DNA of 64,000 nucleotides from Ruditapes philippinarum (Eukaryota): NCBI RefSeq assembly GCF_026571515.1, contig NW_026857642.1, positions 62,001 to 126,000 of the forward strand, read 5' to 3'. Shown piece by piece: positions 26,781 to 39,710 of this stretch (position 1 is its first letter; each line of letters starts with the position of its first letter). The notes under the pieces were generated by a model. It saw only the letters and a program-made list of their open reading frames with translations, ran no database searches and was not told where the DNA came from. The position numbers and the translations under genes were made by a program.

Positions 26781-26937
26781 ACATATTACCTGTCAACCAA
26801 AAGGTCATTTAACCCATCCCAAAACTTGTTTCTTATGCATATATATCATTATGAAATATGATCTTGAATTGTTTTAAAAAAATTAAAATTGTAAATTGAT
26901 ATCAGTTTTTGCTTATTTATTTACTTTGATTCATATC

Positions 26938-28987
26938 CTAGGCATATTTTGACACGATTCTTAAGCGGAAATTGCATAACATAAAGCAAACATTTAAAAT
27001 GTCAGATGAAAGTTTTGCTTCAGTCGCAGACAATGGCTCTACTAATATTTTAAATGTTTTTGCAAGACCAATGACACGCTCAATGTGCACTCTTTTACTG
27101 GAGACTTTCCTGTCTTTAACAACAGTTGCAATTGTCATTCTGTTCTTCTTTTTAAAAAAAGTTGGTATATTGATATGTACATCTCGGGGAGCGAATAAGT
27201 CCTGAACATTGAAACCTTTGTCATAATGCTGTCTTTGGGGTCAACAAGGTTGACAAGGGAACTGCGCTCTGTTATTTGCCTGTCGCTAGTACTTCCTCCA
27301 TATGCTTCCGAGACAAATGATACTAAACCACCTGGTGTCGCTCCAACCAAAATTTTGGTTGTATTTCTATTTTTGTATGTTGAAAATGTTTGTTGTTGAG
27401 ATTTAGGATTTTTTGGGTTTTTTTACTGGACATTCCGTTCCATCTATTATGACACGTGTGGAAGGGAATAATTTCTTAAAACCACTAGGGGCAAAGTATT
27501 GAACTAGTTCCTTTGATGGCCACATGTCTAATTCTTGCCACTGAAGAGCCATGAATTTAATCCAGGTTATAATGATGTTTCTAACTGCTATGTCAGAACA
27601 CTTGAAATTTCTGCTAAGCTCAAAGTTGGGTGTATGACGCCTCAGCTTTATCAAAACCATACAGAATTGATCTGGAACACTAATGGATGTGATTTGAAAA
27701 TATATATAAGTCAGACAGTATGCAGCAGGTCCTAATGTTTGCAATACAAAATAAAACTTGGAAATTCTTCCAACCCAGTATAATAATGGACACCTTGAGG
27801 GTCATTTCTAAAGTCCTCTATTGTAAATCCTTGCTGGTCTAATGTTTGAGTTGGAACTGACATAAATTTAACTGGTCCAACTTCATCATTATTTAAGTTT
27901 GAAACATCATTTGTTGAAATGCTGTCATTTTCACATTGTATCTCTGTACAATAACCCACTGATAAATCCTCAAGATCAGTGCTGGTTTGTATTACTTCAA
28001 TATCAGGATTTATGTTTTCCTTCCTTTCTACACAGTTAGTTATGTCATCTAGAAGTGTCCGCTTCTTTGCTGATCTACATGCATAACGACTTGCGCGCTC
28101 TTCATTTTCAGGTTTAGGTGTTTTCCATACAAACACACTTGGTACAGCAGTTCTCTTCAAAGTTTTTCTTGACGGGGTTGTCCCTGAAGAAATGAATTAT
28201 GTATTTTTCATGAAAAAAGCCACTTCAAACAAATCAAAATTCAGGTACCTGTGGTGCAAAATTGTAAGATTCCAAGATGGAATTGAACGAGATGCCATAG
28301 ACTGACTCTCAATTGTTAAAGAAGGGGGCAGTGTAGTGATTATGAAATAGGGAGAAGTGTGGTTATAAAGCATCTTTTCAAAACATTCCTTATGGGCTAA
28401 ATATTTGACTAGAATCTACATCTAGATGAGATGAAATGATGGTCAACATTTGGATCCTTTGTTAAAGGTCCCTTCATATGGGTGTACATACAGTATACTA
28501 TTCTATAGCTTAAAATATTATTTCATTAAGTGAACAAAAGATATGTCTAAAATTCTGAACATCCATTCAAAGGTTTTAAGCTACAACATTGATTAATATT
28601 AGTAACAAACCATATGTTATATCTATCGACGAGAGAAAAGCACTGTCCGTGATTTAGACAGTGTTTTTTTTTCTACTGTCACTTTCATTATTGTCGTGAA
28701 TGTTTAAAAGGGGGTAAAAAATAAACACCAGAACATGAGAAAGTATTTTATAATCCAATTTTCTGACAATTCGTGCACTTACCATGATATGTGTAGGATA
28801 TGTAATCGTCGTTGACAAAATGCTCCCGACAAATGTAGCAGTATTTGCTCGGAGGTGACCACTTTTCATATGTATTTTTTCCTCGTTTTATAGCTTGAAT
28901 CCAGGCTTCCCGACGATATTTAGCTTTAGGGAGAATATGGTCGCCAGTATTTGTACATCCAGGTACAATGCAATGTGTTTCGGGCAT
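26938..28987 (-). pseudogene. THAP + HTH_Tnp_4 + DDE_Tnp_4 (Harbinger/ISL2EU) transposase, 2 exons, frameshifted
   Basis: Exon 1 28987-28783 (CIVPGC...W...ICREHF, donor g|gtaagt). Exon 2 from 28183 (ttcttcag| ...LKRTAVPSVF). Then HYYTGL, LIKLRR, RVIIDGTE, GATPGGLVSFVSEAYGGSTSD and RVHIERVIG across several frames. Confidence 0.88.
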
Positions 28988-30979
28988 ATTTTGATAGTTT
29001 TTGTTTACTTTTTACACTCGAACGCCTTTCCTTTGACAAGCTGTCAAATGGCGATCGATAACAATCGATATGGACCAATACAGGCAGAGCGCCACCTATA
29101 AAGGCAATTAGGAACGATAACTCGCTACTATTTACCATTATATCACAAGGGCATAGCCCGAGTGATATAATGATGCGCATCCGAACGATGCTATCAAGCC
29201 GATTTGGATATATTATTTCGATTCTAGTTAACACGACATCAACAAATAAATGCTGACGTACCTGATATTAAACAACATTGCGCCTGATTTGTTTCCATAC
29301 TTATTTTCAACGCGTAAGATTTTTGGTGGTTTAGTCACGTGTATAATGATAACGTCACATGTCTAAATATAGAGCGTCAAACTGTGACTCTGTTGCATAA
29401 TAACACACACTTTCGGTTCTTCTATGTTCAATAGGGAAAAATGTGGGTCGTGTTAGAATATATGATATAACAACCAATAAGTATAATAAAATATAATATG
29501 ATATATTCTAACATTCATACGCATTTTTCCCTATTGAACATAAAATCACTGTTTGACGTTCTATATTTAGACATGTGACGTAATCATACACGTGACGCAA
29601 CCACTAAAATATGACGCGCTGAAAGTAAGTACGGAAACAAACCAGGCGCAATTTAGTTTAATATCAGTTTTTTTTATGGCAGAATTTATTTGTTAATATC
29701 GTGTTAGAATCAAAATAACATATCAAATTCGGTGATTTTATCGCTTGATAACTTCACTGTTTGTGGTTCGGGTGAGCATCATAATTGTATCACTCGGGCT
29801 ACGCCCTCGTGATATAATTCCTCGCATCCGAACTCCAAACAGTGATGTAATTGAGCGATAAAATCACTGTTTGGGATATATTATTTCTTAAATATAATAT
29901 GATATTATATAAGTATTATATGAAATAACAACCAATAAGTATTATATAACAACCAATAAGTATTATATAATAAAACAACCAGTAAGTATTATATAAAATA
30001 ACGTCCAATAGGTATTGCATAATTAAACAACCAATAAGTTTTATATAAAATAACAACCAATTAGTTTTATATACAATCAATTAGTATAATAATAATATAC
30101 TACCTCCTTCGTTATTGTCACAGGTTTCTCTGTACTTTCTGGGTCTCAATGGCCGTTTTACAGTGATCTACTTTTCAGATCAGAATTTATCTTAAAGACT
30201 AATACTTTGTGTAATTGCACAAAATATGAGAAACAAGATCAACAAGGAAAGGCGGCGTTCAAAGAACGCAACGAAGGTAATAATCACAACTCTGTGCTCC
30301 AACGTCTATTGTTTATGCTTTTTTTGACAGATGGACACTCATTTAACTTATATTACATACAAAAAACTGCAGGCATAACACGATCTGTTTGAAAGCCACC
30401 GTCAATCGCAGGATGAGTTTATTAAATTTTTAAACATTTATATAAAATTCAAAGCTTTTTTTAAGAAAACTAGAATGTGATTCTACCCTCCTGACTTTCC
30501 TCTTTATTAACCCATTTTTACCCGTCGTGGGTTCTTGTATTTCCAAAACATGTACTGAAGGAAATCTTAATAGCACCGAACGATGCTTATTATTCAAACA
30601 AACCCTTATTGAAACATTTATAGAGATTTGGCTCCAAACGAAGGAATCGCCGGTCAAAAAGACTAATTGTTCTTTCTGTGTACATTTCAGCGCCGGTGAA
30701 TGCTATTCATCGTACTATGGAAGGTGAGGCGTCTTCAGGGGCGGTCAAAGAGGTGCTTTTTAATGTTTCTATTGTTCAGATTATACACATTTGAACGTAA
30801 GTGGTAATTATGAGGGATGGAGACATTGTAAAATAACTATGTCAGACATAAAAGAAGCAATCTATTCACAAAATGATATTAAATGTAGTGGTTCTGATAT
30901 AGTGATCGCTGAAATAGAAACACACGTTTCCATTTATTTCACAAATAATACTAAAATTATTTAACAGAATTGTTTAATC

Positions 30980-31320
30980 AGGAGAATATCTAATGTAACG
31001 GGGTCAGGAATCATAGTTCCAATATTCAAGGGAGTGGACATTAATGAAAAGGGATAACGCTTATAACTATCACTGCAAAATATATTCTTAAGTTTGATCA
31101 AATCGTCTTACAAAATGGATAACCAAATATAACAAAACCAATCAATATGGATTCCAAAAGGGAAAAAGCTGTCAGCTGTATTTTTCTTTTACAAGCTATT
31201 ATTGATGAAACATCATGTTCTCGTAAAAAACTATACTTGGCATTCATAGATTTCGAAAAATGTTTCGACAAATTTGAAAGGTCATTTATATTTCAAAAAA
31301 CTTGTTAAAGAAGGAACAGG
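30980..31320 (+). pseudogene. Degenerate LINE reverse-transcriptase fragment
   Basis: Broken frames read IVPIFKG, QYGFQKGKS and LYLAFIDFEKCFD. Confidence 0.65.
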
Positions 31321-31754
31321 TTCACATGCTTTGTACACAAAAGAAACTTGCTCAACATTCTTAGCTTCATTTACATATTTTGTTTATTGTTTTTAATCAA
31401 ACAGACCAATCTACACAAGAAAAATGTTTACTATTTGAATCAATCCTAAACTACGACGCAGAAATAATAGGGAATCACGACGGTTAAGACACTGTTCATT
31501 GATAAGAAAGACATTTAGCGTTAAAAAAAGTTGACTAGTACACCCCGTACTACTACTAGGACGGTATCAAAAGAGAATACGACAAAAATTTATGATGATT
31601 AAATATAAGTCAAAATTTTGGGCTCAGAAAATAGCTCATTATTATGAAGAATATACGAGTATAATGTAATGGAAGAAAATAATAATAATAATATATCGTA
31701 TAACGGAAATAATTGGGCACATGAGATAAAAGCACTACTTGTCGACATAAGCAT

Positions 31755-34700
31755 TAGCATTGGAATCAATTTTTCTCAAATCAGTATTATAGATGTAATC
31801 TGAGCATATTCTATACCATGAAGTTAAGAGCTTAAATCAGCACCAATTGGACATCATAATATGTCCTTGCTTGAAATAAATAAATAAATACACTGTGACT
31901 AAATGAAAGACATAGTCAATAATTATTTTGCATATAAATATAATTATTTTGGCAAATACATATATATTCATTTTAGCAAATAAATAATAAAGTATATACA
32001 TTTTGGTGATAGACATTAGCAGCTACATGTATATGTCTAAGAGTACCAAATATATCACACTATCAAAAACACTGTTCTGTAGCTTGAAGGAATTCATTTG
32101 AAGCTCAAACACTTATACAATCTGTATCATTGTATGTAAATTAATTTATTGGTACAACGGAGTCACACATGTTTGTAAGACCACAACAGACTTGAACTAT
32201 TTTGTCAAGAGGCAAGTCATCACTTGAATCAGACTGAAGAAAATCATGAGCTATTCTTGATGAAAGGATAGAATACTTTTGTCTAACAACACCAATCACT
32301 CGTTCAACATGAATTCGACTGTTTGCTATCCGTCTTGTCCGCTCGACATCCAATGCTCCAAGCTGAGCTTTACCTTTGGTGAAGGCCGGTATATAAACTT
32401 GAGCAGACATAGTCCCCACACTATCCTGAATGTCAAACCCTCTGTCTGCAAGGATCACATCACCTGGTACAAGTTTATTCAGAATACCACAAGTCTCTGT
32501 TATTGTTTTATCACTTGCCCTGCCTCCATAGCCATTTGATATGAAAGATATTACACCCTGTGGAGTCACACCCAAAAAAAGGTTTTTTCTTTGTTTTTTT
32601 GTTTTAATTTTGACCAGGATTTCCACAGTGCGTTTCTAAATTTTTTGTTTGGCCTTTTTTTTGAAAATTTTAAAGTTTTTCAATTTTTAGGGGCCCCCTT
32701 TTTTTTCCAAAAAAATTTGCCCTAAAAAAATTTGGGGCTTTGGCCCTTTTTCATTTCATCTCTATGGGGCCAGTGAATTAGGGGTTTTTCAGTAGAAACA
32801 GTTAAGTATTTTTTAGTACATTTTGGGGAACACCCTAGATATTGTAGTATCAGACACACCAAACCGGACTGCCAGATCTTGATTGGATGCATTCAGCACT
32901 AATTTCATTAACACCACCAAAAGATCACTTTTATGTGTAATTGAAATGTTCTTTGCTCTACATAGTCAATTTAGGGCTTTGAGTACAGAAAAAAGTTGGT
33001 AAGTCCTGTGTAGTATTTTTCCTTTGCATTCATTCCCCATAGAAGAATGGTAGGTCAAAAAGTTTTGGCTGGTCAACTGTTTGCTGTAATCTAGCATTTT
33101 CCATTTTTGAAAGTCTTTGCACTTCACTATCCATTGCTTTAAGCAGACTGCATGTGACATCTATCTGTGATGCTGTACCACTTTCAATCTCCAGGTCAGT
33201 GTCTGTCTCGTTATTACCACAACTTAGTTGCAATAGCGCAGAGGCGGCAGCAGTGTCTAACTTTTTGATGATCTGATCAATGACCGGTTATACAGTGACT
33301 TTGTTGGTGTGAGTGTTTTCAGAACATGGCAGCGGGCCATTTTCACTGATGGTGCCCAGTCAGGGTTGAGTTGATCATACAAGTCTGCGGGTTTATCTGA
33401 AAAGGAATACAAAATCATTTAAGGTATTAGGACCCTAATGGGCACTATCAGAAACTAAAAAATTGACATCATAGGTCAGATGTATACCTAAAAGTACACC
33501 TGTATGCAAAATTTTAACAAAGTTTACCGTACGGAAATCAAGTTATGGCCACTTTTCTGAACTCAAGCTAGGATGTTATGAGGGGCCCGTTTTTAGAAAT
33601 GCGAAACCTTTAAATAATCTGCAATAACATTTTAATGAAAAAATGTTTTTCCCATTAATTTTTGGTAAGAAAACCCAAGAAGTACATTCAGCTAACAAAA
33701 ATCCACATAAGCAAAATTATGGTTTCTACTTTTTAAAATTTATGAAAATCTGTATAAAAATGTTACCCTACCCCACCCATTTTTTACCCCACATGTCTGA
33801 CCATTTTTCTACTTAGGGAGCCTAATTTAAAAAATTTTCTTAAAATTTACCAAATGGGAGTGCCTGTTTTTCCCAAAAGTTTCCCTAAAATTTTTAAAAA
33901 GGTATATTGGTTGATCTTGTAAAATATTGAAATACTTTTTACCGTCTAGTTTTTGATTATATTACACTTTGAAAAATTATCAGGTACCATATTTATTACT
34001 AGATTAAGCATAATTTAGCCAATAAATACTTATATAAATTTAAAAAAATCTAAAGATTAAACACTTTTTTCTTTCCAAAATGGGACATGAAGAGATACAT
34101 AAAATAATGTTAAAAAAAAAAAAAGAAGCAAAAAAAAAGTTGACCCTTCTGGGGATTGAACCTCATTGGCCCCCTCCATTTTCAAAGTAGTTAACAGTAG
34201 GGTTCTAGCCTATTTGAATACTCTTCAAAACGGAGGTAATGCATTAGGGGGCTAATACCCCCCTTAAATGTGTTTGTTTGGCAAAAAAGGCCACATTTAC
34301 ATCATATATTTTGCATTCATCACCATTCACTATTTTTTTAAAGGACACTATAAGGACACTATTAAAATCACTATATTGAGAGCACTATGTAGTCCCAAGC
34401 ACCAAATATTTGTATAAATAAAACATCTAACAAATGATAAATGATGTTATGCTAAATACTGCATATGTACAGAAAAGATTTTTTTATTAAAGGCATATGC
34501 CGGTAGAAAAATGTCGCAGATGCCTTGCATAAACTGGTACTGTTGAGTGTGGTAGAACAGCCGCAGATCCTCATCATTCATAAATGACCCCCAAAAAATA
34601 AATGACATAATAATCTATATTACAAAATATATAACCTAATAACTTAATACTTACTGATAAAATGATCAGAGCAGATAGGAAGGTTATCATAGCTGGAGGC

Positions 34701-35008
34701 CCTTGGATCAATTCGAGCGATATTAGCCAACCATTTATCTCGTCGATCTTGAGAAAGCTGCTGTGTCTTTTCACCCTGGTGTTAAATAACTTTAGGCAAT
34801 CTGTAGTATGATCTGTCGTTTTCACGATCATGTCGGTTAGAGCAGCCAAACACTGCACAAAAAGAAGGCATATCTGAAGTCTATTTGAGAAAATTAATGT
34901 TAAAGAATGTAAGTTACATTATAGACCTGATTTCTTACCCTGTGTCACTTTTTTTTGTCTACCAATATGGCCGCCGCAGGTACGCGTGACGTCATACGGG
35001 TACGCTCT
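31755..35008 (-). mobile_element. Second ISL2EU/Harbinger-type transposon, one recognisable terminus
   Basis: Absent from unit 2 (gtcgacataagaattcctttgttatggc at ~55856). Right end ...gcgtgacgtcatacgggtacgctct. No matching left TIR seen. Confidence 0.75.
32141..34871 (-). pseudogene. THAP + DDE_Tnp_4 transposase, 2 exons, disrupted
   Basis: Exon 1 34871-34655 MPSFCAVFGCSN...W...ICSDHF with an in-frame TAA. Exon 2 from 33396 reads KPADLYDQLNPDWAPS. C-terminal [37 protein letters not shown] (ORF 32141..32626). Confidence 0.85.
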
Positions 35009-36693
35009 AATTCTTTCTTATGGCAACAACAAAGCTAAATTCATATATCATTTCAGATATTCATAAAAATAGAATGTTAGATATATATAATCAAACATGC
35101 TATTCAGAAATAACTAATTCAAGTAGATTACAAACATAAAATATGTGCAAGTATGACCTTGAATTTGAAAAAAATCTTAAATTGTGTAAACATAAATAAA
35201 TAAAAAGTACAATTGACGCAATTGACGTTATCATCACATAATATAGAAAAAGAAATTGGCTGGCACAACGGAGTTCCAGGGAAAGAGAAATATACTATGT
35301 CCACATTGTAAAATGTACGTCATCGAAAACTGAATTTCAAAATTTATTGGGGTTCGAAAATATTATAACCTTCGTAATAAGTTTATATTTTTGCCGTTGG
35401 CCTACACTTCATGTTTTCATGTTTGACTATGATACAAAAGAGAAGAACATCAAAACACTTGGCAATCTGATTTATTCTGGGGGACTATGCCCCCTCGTAC
35501 AAATCAGATAGCCTCGTGTTTCGATGCTCTTTCTATTACTTAATTGCTTAATCTAAATGAATATCTGTTATTAATAACTTATCTGAGAACATTTTTGTAA
35601 AGAAGACACAATGCTTTATAAACACTATCAGATAAATCAAGTCAGTTATCAATAGTTTACCAGAAATAACTCGTGTCGAAATCGCATGCGAATTTATAGA
35701 AACAAAGGGCTACAAGTTTTATCAATATTGACGTCAATGACAAATTAAAACCTTGGCATAATTATTCATGGTGCAAAAGATAGACACCAAGGCGCATATT
35801 TTGCAATTACCTTGTAAGATTGTAATGAAACTACGTATATAATAATAAGGAAATAATACCAATCAAAACTTTCAAAATGTAATAGTATCTTATTGAGTTA
35901 CAGTCTTTACAAGTTTCAAATAAAAAGTAGCAAAACTCAAACTCATATACTAGATTTTGAAAGACCTTAACATGAATGAATATTTTGAAAATAATTTATT
36001 TAATTTTCTTCTCAGTCAATTTGTGTATTTTCGGCGTTACTGCTTCTAATAACTAGATGCACAATTAAATGTAATAAGCAAAAGTTCTTTCTCGAGAGTC
36101 AAATATTGAAATTTTTTAATCGTTAATTTTAATCACCATAGACTTGATGACGTTTGTGTGATGTAGATTTCACCCATGATAATGTAGATGTGTGGGTACA
36201 AGCGAACATCTGTTACTAGAACGGTTTATTTTTGACGTCTTTCAAAAAAATAAAGAAGCAACATTTAATTGCATTTCGTTAATAGAAAAGTTACTAGGAA
36301 TTTTCAATTGACATTTAATCTACTGAAGAAGCTATTTTGCGTAATCTGTAGAATTTGAAAATAAATTTGTAATAACAATATGATTTTAAACCAACATATT
36401 TGTTTAGTTTAAATGTATATATTCCAAATAGTATATATATAGATGATTATATTACAAGCTTTCAACAGCTATTTTCTTAAATATAATTATGTTATACTAT
36501 AAAGAAAATATGTAAATACCCTTGAAAAATATGAAGGGGCAGGGTTTGAGTTGGGGAGATGCTTAAATAAAGTTCGCAATTCGAACTTGCAATGTCTATA
36601 GTAAAGCAATTGGCTAATCTTCTAATTAATCTTATTCTAATTAATTAACCCATAACGCAAAGTTAAGTTATAAATTCAAACGACATTCCAAAT

Positions 36694-37700
36694 TGTAAAT
36701 AAGGAGAACACCGGACGCGTTCACACTTGTTCAATTTTGGAACAAAATCAAATAGTTAACAAGTGTTGGAAATGTAGATTATGTTCATGTAAATGAATTC
36801 CATTTATATTTTCAAGGATAATGAAGAATGTGATTTTCCTGCTAAATTGGAGACAAATTATAACACACAATTTAATGATATTCAGAGGAGAGAACAATTG
36901 CTTTGGAGACTGTCCGTTTGTGTTTAAAATTCAATTAATTGAAACTTACTTTGTTTTCGACATAGAACATTGTTTATTGTTATTTTTTTGAATAAAATAG
37001 AGATAAACAGAATCCCTAAAGAAAGCCCAACACAGACTCTCTCAGCAATTTGTATTTGAGATGAATAAAAAAGAAATTTTAAGAAAATAATTTTATTTTC
37101 TGTAAGAAATTTTAGGAAGCCGAAACGCATGTTCCAAGTTAATATGTACTAAAATTATTGTAAGGACTTGCAGTCTGATCATAATTGTGAAAGTCTTTTA
37201 AATATTTTTCTTTATAACTGTTTATAAGGCTTAGAGTTAGAAAAAGAGAGAAGTTTTAAATAACATTATTCATTTGGTTATTGTGAATGACTGAAGAATA
37301 ATTTAAAAAATCTCAATATGATTGCTTCTTTTTACGACTTAGATCTGTTGTTTTATCACGTGTTCAAATCTAAACATAAGTGTTCATCAGTATTCTAACT
37401 TTTTTAACATACCTAACATTGAACATGTTCTATGCGTTCACTATCTGTTGCATGGGAGTTGAACGCGTCTGGCATTTAAAAGTAGAACACCTAAATGTTT
37501 ATTATATGTTCAATAATGGAATGATTTGGTGTTAGGTTTTTAACGTCAACGATAAGATTTCAACTCCAGATGATCATAAGGCGTTAATATAGAACGGTTT
37601 GAGACAAAAATAAACACAAGCATTAAAGAATGAAACGCGTCTTGGCGTTCAATATCTGCAAATAGGCGTTTATTATGTGTTCTATTATTCCACATTTACA
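36694..37700. mobile_element. ~1-kb insertion upstream of A2 with TGT...ACA ends (possibly Ginger-like)
   Basis: Absent in unit 1 (aaacgacattccacatgtaacatgc at ~14927). Ends tgtaaataaggagaacac / gtgttctattattccacatttaca are imperfectly inverted. Confidence 0.45.
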
Positions 37701-37943
37701 GTGCACATGCAACATGCGTGTCAGCATTGTTTTCTGCTTATGTCAAAAGAATAAAAACCAAAGTAAGTTTTGATTTAACACGTTTTGCCTGCATGATGAG
37801 ACTATCTTATCAGTCGACCTTTGACATTTTATCATGACCCAATTTTTCATATTATATAAGTGATCAGTTGAGAAAAAAACTTGTTGTAAGTGCTATTAAA
37901 CAACATAGTAACATACAATAATATCTGTGCACACAGTTCTAAA

Positions 37944-38680
37944 ATGTTTACAATAAGCTCAGCAATGCGTATTTTGTCCTGTCTTGGACTATTTCAACCG
38001 ACATTTTGTCTTCCAGTGACTAAAATGAATCAATAAGTGCAACAATATCAGCAATAAATTCTGCTGCAGCGGCCGCGGTAAGCGCGGGAACCAGTGTGGC
38101 GGGAACAACAATGAGTGCGTTAATGGCAGACGGTTATGCGGTCACGTGCGGTATCGAAATAGAAAATTGGACAAAATACGTTTTAGCTTTTCCTATTGCT
38201 CACGTAAAGGGAGGAACTCTTTCGTCTCCACCTGTGACAATATTACCGGCAAAGAAAGAGGTGATGATATCTCACAAAGCTTCTGGTACCGCTACAGGTG
38301 TTTACGGGACTGCGTCTTGGCTCATAGAATCGACAGCTGTTAGTCAGCAACGTCGACTTGTTGTCATGTGGTCAGCACCGTACGACTTTAACATTCACAG
38401 CAACACCCTTGCTGTAGGAATAACAACTCCAGGACAAACGTCACATCCGGTAGGACCAACATGGTTCGACAAAATGTATTATGATGAGAAGGTCGCCATA
38501 TTGCCGTATATAAAGAAAGAGTTTGTCCGCGATTTCTCACCAATCATCTTTGAGGACGCTGAGTACCAGGAAGTTCCTACAATGGGATCCAGTCACTAAG
38601 CTCAAGTCAAGATTCATATCAGACCGAAGAAATTTGAAGATCTTGTTGCGAATATAAAAAGCCAGATTCAAAAAAAATAA
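37944..38680 (+). pseudogene. Actinoporin-like type A copy 2, pseudogene
   Basis: ATG at 37944 aligns with the A1 start. A 10-bp deletion (ttgatgaaaa) near 38017 gives MFTISS...LPVTKMNQ*. AAA>TAA at 38597-38599. Signal peptide carries polar/charged substitutions. Confidence 0.9.
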
Positions 38681-38774
38681 TTTTTAAACAGTTTTAATTA
38701 ATTACCAGTTGTTTTTATTTAACAATTTTGTCATAAAGATAAACATTATTTTATTTTCAAGATAAGGAATAGTA

Positions 38775-39710
38775 TATAAATAACACATGGATTTGTGGGT
38801 AACAGTAAAAATATCATTACCGCCTCGGGTAACAGTATTTTTTACGAGGGATGATATTCTTACTGTTACTCACAAACCCATGTGTTATTTATTTTATTAC
38901 CCCGAACAAAAATACTGAAATGATCTGAAATTGTCAACTAAATCTAACTGTAACAAAAACAAACCAAGAGTAACAATAACTAAACTGTCCTTACCTTTTA
39001 AGTTTTAAGTGTACTTTAGGCCTACTTGAGAAGTTTTCTTTTTCTTTTATTCTTTAAGCAAGTGATGATATCTTAAAATCATAAACATACAATACGCTAG
39101 GTTTTATTTAGAAAACAAAACACCAACCCAATTACACGGTTATGATCTGTGAAATCTGATCCTTCTGTTTTCAGAATATTCTTAGCATGGCTTTTGACAA
39201 AATAACGATGATATCCTATGTCTGTCCACCATATCTGTAACGTTTCACTGATTAAAATTGTAAAATAATCCTTTGTTGCATGCTTAAATCGTCTGCATGT
39301 TCCAGTTTGACACATAATTACTGTATTTACATTGCAAGTACTTCCGTTGAAAACGGATGTTCATTTTTTGACTATTCAACAAAAGATATTTTATACGCGA
39401 AAAGCACACCAGGCTGCAAACAACTAAATTTTATGAGTGTCATAGTTACTTCAGAGATGAAATTGATGTCCTATCGGGGTTTAACGTTGAAAATAAGAAT
39501 GAATCGAAAGAGAAATGGCGGCCATTTTATTTCATTTTATTTAGAAAATAGACCACGTGACCAGATTTTATACTGTTAAAAATTACTGTTACCTATGTAA
39601 CAGTACAAAATTCTTAGTCACGTGGTACACTTGCATTAACAGTAAAAATAACTCCCAGAGGCCTATGGGAAATTAGCATTACGAAAAAAGTGAGGGGTAA
39701 TAATAATAAA
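38775..39710. mobile_element. Crypton-like non-autonomous insertion in the 3' flank of A2
   Basis: Absent from unit 1 (gtgataaatcatatagc at ~16002). Long subterminal palindrome ataacacatggatttgtgggtaacagtaa ... ttactgttactcacaaacccatgtgttat. Confidence 0.6.

Larger units (their letters stand above)
25380..29131 (-). mobile_element. PIF/Harbinger ISL2EU-type transposon, truncated at left end
   Basis: THAP-DDE transposase on the minus strand convergent with a YqaJ-like nuclease on the plus strand. Probable terminus ...actcgctactat at ~29131. Confidence 0.8.
24492..29895. mobile_element. Cluster of four copies of a ~400-bp Crypton-like non-autonomous element
   Basis: Copies at ~24492-24800 (+), ~24805-25232 (+), 25305-25379 joined to 29137-29470 (-, interrupted) and ~29495-29895 (+). 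Shared gacatgtgacgtaatcat and cactcgggctacgccctcgtgatata motifs. No TIR or TSD. Family assignment is by resemblance only. Confidence 0.6.
14900..36690 (+). repeat. Segmental duplication unit 1 (A1, spacer, B1, spacer)
   Basis: Collinear homology with unit 2: 14935~37705, 15165~37944, 17275~39945, 18900~41595, 20090~46760, 20505~52122, 21377~52948, 31320~54100, 35015~55870, 36610~57600. Confidence 0.9.
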
